The position numbers and the translations under genes were made by a program. Shown here piece after piece: positions 23,669 to 42,135 of a DNA stretch of 64,000 nt (positions within the stretch are counted from its first letter, which is position 1; each line of letters begins with the position of its first letter). The notes below the pieces were generated by a model. The model was not told the DNA's origin. It did not search any database and worked only from the letters and a program-made list of their open reading frames with translations. Location of the stretch: contig OZ365112.1 in the NCBI GenBank assembly GCA_977030845.1, forward strand, positions 17,670,001 to 17,734,000, read 5' to 3'. Origin of the DNA: Fimbriosthenelais zetlandica (lineage: Eukaryota).

Positions 23669-25291
23669 GTGTCACCCATTCCAAACCGCAACAAACTTCA
23701 AACTGACTCAGCAGCTTCATTAAAATGTATAGAATACTAATAGACATAAAGGAAAAGTCTAGTAGTAATGGCAAAAAGTAATCAAAATATGCCTGTACAT
23801 TGTACTAGTTACATACTAGCTTTAACCGTCTACAGTTAGTGCAAACACGTTCTCAACTGCTGAATCACACTGTGCCAAAACTCCCGAGTTACACCACTAC
23901 TGTACACACCAATAGGCTATACATGTCTGTGTTTGATTTGATCTAAGGTGATAATTATAACACGATTCCGCCCTTAATCTAACCGTCCAGGTAATAGTTT
24001 GATATAGTTGGGTCCAAAGTGACCGTAGATAGTGAAGTTATCACTGTGAAGACTTATGTCCAGAAAATGCATAATTATACAAAATGCACGCCTATCAAGA
24101 GCATGTATAGTAAATTTAGTTACTAAAGAAAAGAAGAAAGTTAGAGTTCACCAAAAGCTGTGAAAACCAATACCAAATGGACAAATTATGAATGATCCCC
24201 ACTTGTTCTTATTCCTACCTTGAATATATTTAGAGATGTACCGTGTGCATACTATGTTGTCAGGAAACTTAATTGAGGTACACGTTTCATTATAGAGGAA
24301 GATTATCTTATAACTTTGACCAAGATCTTCAATATCTCACTTCCATGTATTTCTTGTGTGTTTGTATTTAATTTAATAATTGTGAATATTTATTATTTCG
24401 TATATTAGAGCCAGAGCCATTTCCAATGGCCTAGCGCTTGTCAAGAAGCAGCTGTGATACTCATGTAAATAGGTTTGAAAACAAAAAATCTAATACACGT
24501 AGCTTTGATTTGATCTTATAGAACACGACAAAAAATCATAAAAAGAAAAAAAATATATAAACATGAGTGACTTTTGTGAACCTTTCAAAACAAACTCGCA
24601 TCAGCAATTGCCTGCTGAGTACTACTTGTCAAAGCAATCTGTGATAAAGGCAATTCAATGTGTAAAGACTGTTGTATGTAGAGACACTAAATTGTGACAT
24701 AAATATCTAGAAAATGTAAATTCTTTTTGGTCACACTAATGTGGATCTCGTATCAGGTATACATGTATATCTCATTAACTTATATGCACTCCAATTAAAC
24801 TCGCAAGTTTATCAAGACGAGTATCCTTCATACTGCATCTAACCTATGTAGGGGACCATTAAATTAATACTTTCTGGTGACCTAAGGTCGTGTGGATCTC
24901 TATACCCCATGCTGACGCTTTGTAAACGGGGACTTGAAACAATGTACATTTCATTAAGTAATTAGTATTGTCCATTTGGTATTGGTCATATATTCTCATG
25001 TGGAATTAGTGACCGATATTACAAGGGTTTGAATTTTGGGATTTCCTCTATATATCATATATATCTGTAAGAAGAATTTTACGATCAATCAGAAACTTCA
25101 GGGGATTCATATAAGCTGTAATTAAGGCTGGCCTTATTTATTTTTGTCAATATTGTCTTGGCGATTAGAATGGTATTGGTCAGACTGCTGAAATGCAGGA
25201 GATATGACAAATCCAATGTATAATTATGATATGCCAGTTTGGCGATATTTGCAGGGCAATTCTTAATGCATTTAAAATGGAATCTTTGTTA

Positions 25292-25371
25292 CAGTCTGTC
25301 CAAACTAGGTTGGACCGAAACCACAGTACATTTCTATGGTGGTTGCGGTCCAACTTAGTTTGAACAGACTA
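25292..25371. mobile_element. 80-bp hairpin MITE, Tc1/mariner-like (TA|CAGT...ACT(G/A)|TA)
   Basis: CAGTCTGTCCAAACTAGGTTGGACCG vs CGGTCCAACTTAGTTTGAACAGACT. TA flanks at 25290-25291 and 25372-25373. Same family as 44155-44240. Confidence 0.8.
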
Positions 25372-26069
25372 TAGACATGCTTACATGGCAACAGGTCGAC
25401 CTTCCCATTGAGATAGTAATTTCCACTTACATGTATTGGTGTACACCGATTATCCTACAAAATCATTCTAGCTTAAAATTCATGTAATTTCTGACACTGA
25501 TTTCTTTCGTATGTGAAGATACTATTATACTACAGGAAGATTTAGTGCCTGGAATGGCCAAAGGTACGTACTAGAACTCGTCTACTTCTTGGTAAAGTAC
25601 GTTCCGGGGTTTCGGGGAAGCATCTTTCATGTTATCCCTAGAATGTTTTGATCAGGATTTGTTTAGACGAATAAAATCAAATTAATATGTATAGAAAATG
25701 TTTATTAAAGAGTATGTACACCAAATACTATCCATCCCTAGATTATTCAATAGTAATGCCAAAGTGACATCAGATGATGCATACGTGACGAGAAATATAC
25801 CCTGAATCAACCCAAAATTAAGTCGTAATTCAGGTGAAAGGATAATAATTATAATCTGCTACTCTAAAATCTACTAAATTCATGCATGGAATATTAATCG
25901 GTCTTGGCTACATAGACCTCAAAAAGGTTTTAATGCCTCAGAGAAAGACAAATTCTGACCTCTCAGCAGATTAACTATAAATGACAAAAATAAGAAAAAT
26001 ATGTCATTAAAAAGGGGGAAACCCTTTAACGGACACAATTTCCCACTGTTTTAATGTTAATATTGGTCC

Positions 26070-30965
<4,896 letters not shown>

Positions 30966-31198
30966 GTTCACGTTGCCGTTGGTGTTGAGAAAAGAGGGTC
31001 AGATCATATAACCACTGGTTGGCCTATAAATCTTTGCACATTGCCTTAAATCTTATGAAACCTACTGACTTATCACGGTGTGAAGAATTTGGGGCAAATT
31101 CCAGGTTATATCAGGCGATATAAGGTAGATTTGAACCTTGATCTCCTTTGCTTTAGGCGTGTACCCGACCCGAGCGTGGCCACTTTTGCTTCACGTTT

Positions 31199-31238
31199 CC
31201 GCCACCAGGGGGGAATCCCTTGTTGATCGATGACGTCA
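31199..31238 (+). promoter_or_regulatory. AGPS/MBLAC2 divergent promoter motifs: CTCF-like CCGCCACCAGGGGGGA and CRE TGACGTCA
   Basis: Motifs read directly between the AGPS ATG (30965) and the MBLAC2 5'UTR donor (after 31309). Function is inferred. Confidence 0.4.
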
Positions 31239-31690
31239 CGAATTTAGAAAGGTGTTCCCCGAGGAAAGCAGATCTCAGAACGTGGTGGACAGCATTTAGT
31301 CGTAAAAAGGTAAATAATGCCACAATTCATGCCTCTATTGAACTTAGGAAGGGCCTACTTTTGTTTAAGTTCCCTATTTATCAATTTAGTCGCGTTGTTA
31401 ATATACATTTGGTCCGTAAATCGCATAAGATACCTGCAGGTGGGCGATAATATGAGTTGTGAACTGCATCCAGTGCATGCTACTGTTAGAGTTGAATGTG
31501 TATTGATGTGTCTGGGACTCCGGCTGTCAGTATTATTATTTCAGAATTTTCTTATCTATGACTATCTAGACTTTATCCAATTATCGATTCAGGTATTTTG
31601 AGCCTAAATGTCAGGGGGAAAATGATAAAGGTTTACAGAATATTTCTCTCTCTAATCCAGCCGCTCTTTCCACTGTAACTGACAGTAGAA

Positions 31691-32791
31691 ATGAATCCTG
31701 ACTGGTTTAGAACACACCGCATAAAGGACCACCTGTATGTAACAACTGAGCATCTCTTCATGGAAGGGAACCGTGCTAACATATGGCTCATCAAAGGTCA
31801 GGATCGAGACGTCATCATTGACACAGGTCAGCACTTTATTATATTTATTATCTTCACAAATGCCACAAATGAATATTTAACCCAAATAATCATAATCTTT
31901 AAGATGTACTAACATAGTTGATTAAGTTACCCATTGACACCCAATCATTTAAAAAATGTACACGAATATTTTCACTGGAATGTTATAATGACTTGTGGGA
32001 GATACTACCATATATATATATATATCAGACCAAGAGTATAATTATGAAGGTGCCCCTGCTTATTTGGTCTGTTTCACTTGGCAGGCCTGGGTGTGTGTAA
32101 TTTACGTTGGCATTTGGAGCAACAGGGTTTAATTGAGGCCCCTGGTCCTGACAATAGAGAGGTGATAGTGATCATCACCCACGTTCACTTTGATCACTCT
32201 GGTGGGGCTCACCACTTTGAGAAGGTTTACATCCACCCTGATGACCTAGAGGGGCTGCGAAGAGGGCGTCAGGCAGACACCCTCAACTATGTCAAGTCCT
32301 CCCATTTCTACCAGGATCCCCACCAAGGTTTCTCTGCCTGCCAGTATAAGGTACCCCCTACTCAATGCCTGCCTATAAGAGACGGGGACACCATTGATCT
32401 GGGTGGTGGAGAAGATTTAGAGATTCTCCACCTCCCTGGTCACAGCAAAGGCAGTATTGCTGTCTTCAATGCCTCCAGGGAAGAACTCTTTACTGGAGAT
32501 GTTGTTTATGAATGTGGATCTGGCTTGAGTTTCCTGGACTGGTTACCAACCTCCTCTGTTGCTCGTTATGTGGAGAGTTGTATGCGACTAGTAGAGTTTC
32601 TCAATCAGCATCCTGTAGCCACGGTCTACCCTGGACACTTTGGTACTCTTGATGCCAGACGAAGCATCACTTTATTGAAGGAGTACATAGAAGGCCGCAG
32701 TAACGCATGCTGTGTGTCCACCTCCAGCCTCATGCAGTGCGCCTCCTGGGTATTTATTGTGTTCAACTGTTTTAGGTGCTGTCCTTTCTGA
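31691..32791 (+). CDS. MBLAC2: Metallo-beta-lactamase domain protein 2 (acyl-CoA thioesterase-like), 280 aa, exons 31691-31826 and 32085-32791
   Basis: EGNRANIWLIKG..DVIIDTG|LG; THVHFDHSGG (HxHxDH); LPGHSKGS; FTGD; YPGH; Cys-rich C-terminus. Confidence 0.9.
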
Positions 32792-34398
32792 ATGAATTTA
32801 CATACATATGAATATCACAATGAGTAGTCTGTGGTAGACGCACTCAACTCCCAGCCAAATATACAGTCTGAAAAATAATGGTGACACGTAGAATGCTTTA
32901 CAAAACACAGAATGTTATAATTGTAATATAGGCAGATCTGGGAATTGTATTAATCGTAGTAAGTGATAATATATTATAGATATATATAGATCTACAAAAA
33001 TGCTAATAACTTGCCATGTACATTCCCTTAGCGAAAGTTAGAATCGCGAATATATGTACAGAACTATTATTATACAGCTCGTTCAGTTTAATTTTTAGCC
33101 AGCGATGTCTTCACCTCCTAGCTAGCCTAGCTAGGGAGTATAGCCTTTGATGTATTGAACATGATTCTTTATTGGAATTCATGTAGATTGCTCACTAAAC
33201 TTGTAGACTGCTCACAACTCGTCATAACATATCTCCCCTAGAAGCCATAATATTGTATGTAGATTATTATGTATATCATGGTTCATATTAACCTGTTGAA
33301 ATTGTATGCATAAAGTGTATTATAATGTTGGAAGACTATATATGTAATGTGATAGAAGGAGAAAGCCCAATCCATGGTGGGCTTAACTTGTATGCATGTG
33401 TAACTTCATATATACATGTATTAGACTGTTATTGTTAAAGCAGGACTTGTTATGAGTTTCACTGCAAATCACATTTCCCCTCTCTCCAAAGGGAATTTGG
33501 GGAGTGAAAATTTCAGAAGACCATAGCTTTAAGTTACCAATACTTGGTGTTTGAAAGAGGATAAGATCTTTAATAGAACAACAAAGTGTGTTGGCACCTG
33601 AGTGGGCCACCTACTCATTGCTCAATAAAATATATTACAGAATGTCCTCGTTAATTATAATAAATGAATGGTAGTTTAACGCCTTGCCAGCAGCTAAGGC
33701 TATATCACGAATATAATATACTTTGGTATTAACTGTAAATGAGAATCCCTCAACTTTAGTTGTAAAACGAATTAGTTTTATTGTATATCTGTTAACCTTT
33801 TTCATGTTTCCTATTAGAAACTCGGCCGACACACATTCAGCTATTGTGGTCTATATTTCCCTTGTACATGTTAATACTTGACATTTATTTTGTCATTTGA
33901 TTGGCATTAATTAGGTTAATTATTGTTAGGTAATACATTTTTGTGTAAGAGGTCTATAGACTTTTCCCATGAACAAGTTTCCGAAAACTTCCAATGTGGG
34001 CGAACATGCCGAATGGCACCGCTGACCAACCCCTGGTGAGGTGGTGGTAGGTGGTAGTGTTTACTGTAGGACATGCTCCATAGCGACCAGCACTAGGCAA
34101 TGAGGTCTGCGAGCTTTCCTAATGCTCTCTGTGCTATGGAAGCTATCCCACCTCAAAACCTGTGAAAACAGCTTGACCAGCTATTTCACAATACATTACA
34201 CTCACTTGGTCAGAGGAACCTGGCTTTGTCAAGTGATACAGTACATCCTGCTTTAAAAGAGGAGGAAAACTCAAAATCTGTCAGAGATATTCTTAGCCCT
34301 GTCCGCTTAAGACCAGAGAGATTCTTATAGTACTTGAACAATCTGAGAAAGAAGGTAATAAGTCAAATTCTAATTTTAAAAAACACTAGTCGGACAAA

Positions 34399-37300
34399 AT
34401 GACTTCTTTAGAATTGTTTCCACATGTGGAAGCGAACATAAATCCTAATGAACCACCGGAATGGGGCACTGGAAAACAGCTAGAGAAACCCAAGGTTAAT
34501 CTCTGGGCTCCTAAAACACCAACATGGCATTACAGGTAATTAATATTTATTTATACATATCTGTACATGAAATGTCTAACAATATTTGTGTTTATTATAT
34601 TGTGTGGATTGGTGAGGTATACTATAGAAATAGGAGAAAAACCTATTCTGTTTCCCTTAGACTTCCTCCTTGCTGACTTATTCAATGAATGGTTTAAGGA
34701 AACCTGTGATTATTTCTCTCGGTTGAGGTCCATTTTAAGTCCAGCTACTTGTGATTTAGCTGCCTCATGTATTGTGAACTCCGCATAGTGTTGTACTTAA
34801 TCCTCTGTCCTCAGTACAATCTGGTTTTGATGTGAACAAATGCCTATTAACAGGTCATAACACTTGCATGGATGTAAATGTATGATCCTTTATTTAGAGC
34901 GCTTTGCATACTTTAGTTCCTTCATATTATTCTATCAAAACCACTACATTTTAGAATGTTGGTCTATATTTAAATGTCCTTTATTCCCGTGCACGATTTC
35001 TCGGCATGGTTAGTATTAGAGGAAATTAGGCGGTGTACCTTCAATATGGCACCTGTCGTAAAGATCAAGCATGAATATTGTAAACTATGTAAAATGAGAT
35101 GACTGGAAGAGAGATAGGTGAAGTGGTTAATAATGTAGCAGACGGTCATTAGATTTGAAATGTCAGGGTTGAGTTTAGGTGTGAGAGGTGAAGTATGAAT
35201 AGCTCTCAAGTAGAGATTAGTAGGTAGAGAAACATTCATGTCATCCAGGTTACCTCTGAGGTGTGTGATAAGCCTTTACTTTACCTAGTACAGATAAAGC
35301 CAATCAATCCCTAACCACGTCTATACTAATCTATACAATAATACATTCATGCTTTACCCGCCATGTAGTCTTAAAATTCCATATTACTGGGCATACTTGC
35401 ATAATGTGTACTATTTTCATTCCGTTGATTCATGTTAATCTTTCTGTTTGTGAGTATGTCTCAGTGTATCACAATTAATAAGCATGGAAAACCATTTGTT
35501 TTCTCAGTCCCAAAACTTCCGCCCGACCCGGTTATGTATTTGTCACCCGTTCCTTTCATGAGTCTGAGTTTAATGGTCTGTGCAATCCGAGGAGATGTTT
35601 ATTTAAGATGCCATAGAACGTGTTGATCACTTTAAAGGAGAACCTGTGTTAAATCCGAAGAAGGAAGTCAATTCCGTGGTTGTAACAACTGACATGCAAG
35701 CCTTATAAAAGATTCAAGACAAATTACCCCCTGGGCTTACAAGCTTGTACCAGGACCAACTAATATCATTCCCCGACAGCCTCTCAACACGGCAGGTTAA
35801 TTATTAATGAATACTAAAATATTCCCCTGCCAGGATCAGGCTGTATACATTGTTACATGTACATGCATTGACGCAAATATCCAATGGAAAGTTAGCATTG
35901 AACAAGCTAATAAAACTATAATTACAGTTTTATTAAAATTGCAATTAAATACAACAGTTATAATGAGAATATTTTAAGAGGCCGGATAGAATTGTTACAC
36001 TTCCCAGGGGCATGTGTTATCTTTATTGGGAATGCATTTAATATTTTATACTCATTGATATTATACTTATAATAAACGCAGTTCATGACTACAGTAGTAC
36101 AATTAAGATTTAAATGGCACTGGTATATATATTGTACTGTATGAACTTGGCTAGGATTTCCGCCCCCTCCCCCACCACCTGCCCACCCACTTGGCGATGT
36201 CTACTAGGTCTATTAGGCATGATAATTTTATTATATGGTAGTTTCCTTAAAGCATAGTTATAAAATTGTATTAGCATTTGTACAGACTTGCCTTAAACTT
36301 ATAGATGTAATCGGTTATGTTTTACAGTGGTGACCCTATTAAGCAACATTACACGCTGACCAAACTGAAGCTTAGTAATGTCCGCCTTAATGACCAACTG
36401 TGAGTATACATTGTAGCTTTTATTTAATAAGATTAACTCTAAAGTATCAATTAAGCGTCTTAAGACGTTATCACTACTGTACATTTTTACTTTTCGGAGA
36501 CTATATCTTTTTACTATTTAACATTTTTTAAATGCTTCCTTTTCCAGATTGCCCCGGCCACAGGACTGTGATATGGGGTAAGTTCATTTTAGAAGCAATT
36601 CTGAAATATCTAAGGCCCAGAGTTTGATTTCAACACTAATTATACCAAGTTGAATATATAGAATATTTATGACTAATTCCGGCTGGCTATCATTGGTGTT
36701 GATATACCCGTTCATTTATTTATTAGGAAGATGATGATTCAAAAGCCGTGGCCAGCTGAGCATCCCTATGCATCACACATGTCCCGCTTCAGTGTCATTC
36801 CTAAGTTTGACACACCAGAAGATGCCAAGCGGGGATTTGAAGCCCGGTCTGAACTCCCCAAGAACGCCGAGATGCCCTCTCAGGCTTACGACGTGAAGGT
36901 CGTCAAGAAGGTCAAAGGTATGTGCCAAAGTCATTATTTGGCTATTCCTATGTAAAATATAGAGTTTTCTAATTTAAATTATTCAAAAAAGAACCCGTTC
37001 TATAGTCTATTCAACATTTCTCTTTCTCTCTAGGTAACGCATACCGATATGAAGTGCAATCCTTGCCGCCAGAGTCAGAAAAGAAACCGCTACACTGGCA
37101 TGATGGAGACAAGTTTGATCAGGTCAGTGTGCTTTTCACAATCACATACATGTGAAACTCGCAGTTCTTCTTTAATGCAAATCTGTCAAAATACATCTTT
37201 TTGTTATACAATAAATGTTTTGAAGCTCGTCAGTTTACTTTATTGCCCTGTCCGTCTTAACGGACAGGGATCTGTATTGCCGATTTCAGAATGGTAGTCT

Positions 37301-40300
37301 TCACGGGCGCGGCTATTTTTAGCCCTCATGAGCGTTGCTATTTTTAGATTTTGTTGCTATTTTTAGACACCTCCTTCCCCTCCCTCTCCCAACTCCCCCC
37401 CCCCCCCCCCCCCCGCCCACCTCACCCACCAGTGGGATGCGAGCTGTGTGGGTGTAGCATTTAATCCTGGCGACCACCAGGCCCTCATTATGTAACATGA
37501 CTTAATACGATCCCCTGTTCCTAATAATTTTGATTTTCCACGCATATCTTATTGTAATGATTCTTTCAAATGAATTTGCCATTTAAAAAGAAGCATTATA
37601 GTCTTTTTCCCGAAATTCTCCGACCAATGTAAGCTAAAATGAGATATTATATGATGTGTAATACCAAATGAGTCTTAAGTCGCATAGGACCATTCAGTCC
37701 TATCGAAATCTTATGTCACTTTATACCATATTCTATTCCAAGTTCTGTCAACAGTCCTGTCAACAAAACCATTAAGAATTAAACATGAGCTCAATACATA
37801 AATAGGCCCAAGTCCTAAGTAGTGGTCTAAGATACCAATAGACGTATTTATCAGATATGTCTAGGTGTAGCATCCTTCCCCTCCCTATCCCAAATACTGA
37901 GCTTACTATAGATGTGCCTAAGGCCTAAGTAGTTGTCTAAGATAACAAATAGATTTGCACTCTCCTGTGAATATATTTAAATATGGATCAGTCTAGACCT
38001 TATTATCCGTTTATACTGTCCAGTCAATATATTTGCCTGCACATTCAGTAAAAATGGCTTCTTTATGAAAATGTTTCTATCGAAATGATTCAATAAAAAG
38101 GCTTGTACAAATGAGGTAGACTTGAACAAGTTTAGTACAGAAATGGTCAGTGGTTTGAGGTAGGGGTAATTAAGGGATTAGCTCGGGTCCATCCCCTCTC
38201 CCTCCCCCCCCCCCCCCCGCCCACCTCACCCACCAGTTGGATGCGAGCTGTGTGGGTGTAGCATTTAATCCTGGCGACCACCATGCCCTCATTATGTAAC
38301 ATGACTTAATACGATCCCCTGTTCCTAATAATTTTGATTTTCCACGCATATCTTATTGTAATGATTCTTTCAAATGAATTTGCCATTTAAAAAGAAACAT
38401 TATAGTCTTTTTCCCGAAATTCTCCGACCAATGTAAGCTAAAATGAGATATTATATGATGTGTAATACCAAATGAGTCTTAAGCTAAAATGAGATATTAT
38501 ATGATGTGTAATACCAAATGAGTCTTAAGTCGCATAGGACCATTCAGTCCTATCCAATCTTATGTCACTTTATACCATATTCTATTCCAAGTTCTGTCAA
38601 CAGTCCTGTCAACAAAACCATTAAGAATTAAACGTGAGCTCAATACATAAATAGGCCCAAGTCCTAAGTAGTGGTCTAAGATTACCAATAGACATATTTA
38701 TCAGATATGTCTAGGTGTAGCATAATAATATTATTATATTGGAAGGTAAAAACTTAGTTTGTAAACAACCATTTGGTGTTGCTGCAATTGTCTTCCCCTT
38801 TTATATAATATAAGTTCTCTACATTATTACGCATGTACCCTTGTAAACGTCCATCCCCTGTGATGTTCTGGTTCTTTTGGGGCTTACTATTACATCAACA
38901 AAAATTAGTAGTTGTCTAAGATTACCAATAGATTTGCACTGTGCAGTGAATATATTGCATTCAGTGAAAATGGCTACTTTATGAAAAATTTTGTATGTTA
39001 ATTGATTGTATACAGATATTTAAGTCATATCTGCACATTCTCCACAACCCACCTCTTCACCATAGACAAATGCACCAAAATCGTCTTCCTGGTGGCCACT
39101 TGTTTACCTTGTTATGTAACGTCTCTTAATACCATCAACTAATTGTAATAGTTTTTTTTAGTTAGCATTTTTATAGACCCTGTTTTGGTTGAGTACCAGC
39201 TCACACTCTTGATTACTCAAGTTTTACTATGATTTTCAGCTGGGGGCTCTTTCTAAGTGCATTGCTACATTGCCTTCTGTGCAATGGATATTTCTATGTG
39301 CATGTGCTCTAGAACATATGTACAACAGTGAGGAGGGAGGCATTGGAAATGCCTTGGACAGCTCGGGGGATTGAACCGCCGACCCTTCCATCATTGGTCA
39401 ATCACCCTGTATTAGCTGGCGCTCTAACCAACTGAGCTAACTCCCCTTCTTTTCCTTCATCTAGTTATGATCCGTTATGATGAATTTGCCATCTAATAAG
39501 AAGCATCACAGTCTTTTTCCTGCAATTTATTCCACCAATACTAATTTAAACTAAATACAAAAGGGAATTTTCAGGGTCAGCATCCATCAACCGGGTGTTA
39601 TAACTTTGAGATTAGGACAGGGCCGTGCCACTCACAATGTGAAGTGGCACGCAACATTTGTCCTTACTTTCTGTATTTTAACTTCTTAACCAGTACAAAT
39701 TTCTCTGTCACACTTGTTGTTACTCATGTGTCTCATGTATTTTTCAGTTGGTAAAATCCCCCTGGGGTGGTCAGCAGCCATATTACCCCACACCCACCAA
39801 GGTCTTCAACTCTAACCTGGACCCTCGTGATGACAGGAAGGTAGAGAAGGGTAACATGCAGATCCAGCCACGGACCGCTAATGCTACACGTAACGTGGAA
39901 CGTGATCAGTGGCAGTCCACGTACGATCTCAACCACACAGGCCTGGGTCCAGCCAACCCCAAGTCACTCAACAACTATGATGACAAGAACATGAGGAAAA
40001 CTGTGGAAGGAACAGGCAAAGATGAGGATGACTTGGTAAGGATAAATTAATCATCGTATGCTTTCGTTATGCTCAAAAGATGATGACTTATTTGACTTAA
40101 ATGGTTTTCATAAGAAACATTGAATTGAATCATTACATTGATATTCATTCACTAATTGTCTTTTATATCTTTTTTCAGCACCCTCGTTCTATTAATACCT
40201 TTGATCCTGCCCGTCCTATGGAGGGTCGAATTGCTCGAGCCTTGGTTCCAGCTCCGCCACCACAAACTGACCGTTGGCCAGATGCAGAGCGAGACCAATC

Positions 40301-42135
40301 TTACCAGAGGTAAATTATCTCAGTTTTTAATGCTCTCACTTATAGATCTATTTATTCCTTTTGTCGTACATTGTACTTCTTTTGTTTCTAATTACATTAT
40401 AACTATTATTTTTGTTCAACAGGAAGATAACCCTATCAGAAAAGGAAGAGGATCTCTTGTGGAATGGCAAGAAATATGTGAATCTACCAGAGAAGTCAGA
40501 TGATGAGGAGCAGTGGAGGAAGACTGATGATCAGAACCACCCAGACTCCGGGCTGAGTAAACTAGACAATATACTAAATGACGCTCCACCATCTGATCCT
40601 GTACCTTATGTACCAGCTGGTCCTCCTCCCAAACCATTAGATACCAGCTGCTACCTGGATGACATGCTTAGAGAACAGAAGGACAAGAACCAGCAGATGG
40701 AAGCTTCTAACAGGTAAGGTCTACTCTTATCTCCTGTCTAAATCATAGTACATGAGGTAAAGTTTTTAAAAGTTGACTACGAATGAAGACAGATGATGTT
40801 AAGATGAAATACTGATTATTTATGGCAGTATATTTGAGCTCTTTTTATACAGGTTTTTGAATGGTTCCTTCATTGTTTGCAATATTTCTTAACAGGTACA
40901 AACTTCTAGAATCTCAGACTCCAGCCCACAACCTAACAGCGCGTCAACACAAAATGAATCTGGCTGTTGACAAGTCTCAGCCTGATGTTTTCTATCGGCA
41001 TGAGGGCAAATACCAGCGTGAGAGGTCCGGCCTTTACAAAACCTCATACGACCCATATGAACTGCAATACTCCATGAACAAGGACAAGCTGGCTGGTTCA
41101 GAACTATTCTACACCATGGACTCCCATAAAGATGCTCTAAACCTGCCATTTGATGTGAATAATGAGATGTCTGAACTGATGCGGGAGGGCCGCACCCTGG
41201 GTGGACCTCCTGGCAGTGTTCCTCAGCTTCACGATCAGTCAGCCCCTCACGAGGTCTTTGATTCCTATGACCGCCTGCGTGCCTTACAAAAAGCCAGACT
41301 TCAGCCTAACATGGACACGGCTGACATTAAGACTCTGGAGAATGGTACAGTCCTTGTGGAGTCAACATATGGAGAGGGCTACAACACTCAGAAGTTCCTC
41401 CAAGAGAACAAACTGCCCTTCCATACAAGGAAAGAACCCCTGTTGCTCGTTTCTAAGGACAATCAGGACCTGAGGAGATCTAAAATGAGCACGGCACCAA
41501 GAACAGCCAGAAGCGTTCAGTTTGCCAGTGACGTCACAGTAGCGGAGGGGGCAGGTGGACCACCCATCCGTATGATATCTGCCCCACTGAATCCCTCGGC
41601 TGACGGTCTGAGACCTGACCTGGCGAGTGGGGTCCCTGTCATGAGCAGGTCAGCGTCTGACAGAGCCTCTAGAGTGCCCATCCTCATCTCCTCAGTGGGT
41701 TCTGCTGGTTTCTCCGATGTCTACAAGTCTCTCCCGGTGCCAATTGAAAAGAACAGGAGGGCTGGTGCAGGCGAACGTATTGGTGTCCCTGTCCTTGCTG
41801 AGAGCAGCGCCCTCACTCTCGGCCCACCACTCCGTAAATCGTGGCATGCTGGTGCCTCCTTCTCAGACCTCTACCCCGGTAATAACCATGTGGATATGAC
41901 ATTCAAAACTGACCGCCGCTTTAACTGGTCAGCTGGATCAGGAGTACCCCGCCCCCAGACCAGCCTCCTCCAGATCCAAGATAGCTTCACCAAGTCTGAT
42001 GCCAGGAGGAGGTTCCACGAACAGTTCCATGAGAGAAATCCAGACCTCCGTGAGAACATCATCAGTGGGAAAAGGCACACCTTTGTCGGAGGCCTCAATG
42101 CTCAGGTACTGCGAGGTACACCTTTGGTGGCTTAA
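34399..42135 (+). CDS. SPMIP4: Sperm microtubule inner protein 4 / C7orf31 orthologue, ~822 aa. Exons 34399-34535, 36328-36399, 36548-36577, 36727-36917, 37034-37122, 39748-40035, 40179-40309, 40423-40713, 40896-42135 (start codon tentative)
   Basis: Blocks EHPYASH..PKF.TPED, AYD..V..KGNAYRYE, HTGLGP.NP, PARPMEGRIAR and C-terminal PRPQTSLLQIQDSFTKSDARRRFHE..DLRENI.SGKRH match recalled C7orf31 motifs in the same order. Confidence 0.8.
37378..38990. repeat. Recent intronic tandem duplication (~815 bp period), headed by poly-C; copy 2 holds a nested 46-bp duplication (38435-38526)
   Basis: 37378-37872 is near-identical to 38193-38722. Further shared blocks at 37922-38076 and 38908-38990. A diverged partial third copy lies at ~39480-39540. 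Confidence 0.9.
39355..39446 (-). mobile_element. tRNA(Ile-AAU)-derived SINE head or tRNA pseudogene
   Basis: Minus strand GGGGAGTTAGCTCAGTTGGTTAGAGCGCCAGCTAATA...GGTTCAATCCCC with intact Pol III A and B boxes. Mispaired acceptor and T stems and an ~18-nt insert argue against a functional tRNA. Confidence 0.6.

Noticed and set aside
24409-24468. Alternative kinesin terminal exon
   Set aside because: It gives only KPEPFPMA* with no supporting motif. The 23613 exon has a better acceptor and a CaaX end.
34136-34354. Coding-looking segment upstream of the SPMIP4 start (MEAIPPQNL*KQLDQ...ERFL*)
   Set aside because: In-frame TGA and TAG; no SECIS evidence. Treated as 5'UTR or decayed exon; readthrough not supported.
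34970-35239. Minus ORF with LYLRAIHTSPLTPKLN, faintly like a Penelope GIY-YIG tail
   Set aside because: Too short and degenerate, with no other PLE motifs nearby.
35620-35797. Exon-like block in SPMIP4 intron 1
   Set aside because: All three frames are interrupted and the phase is incompatible with the next exon.
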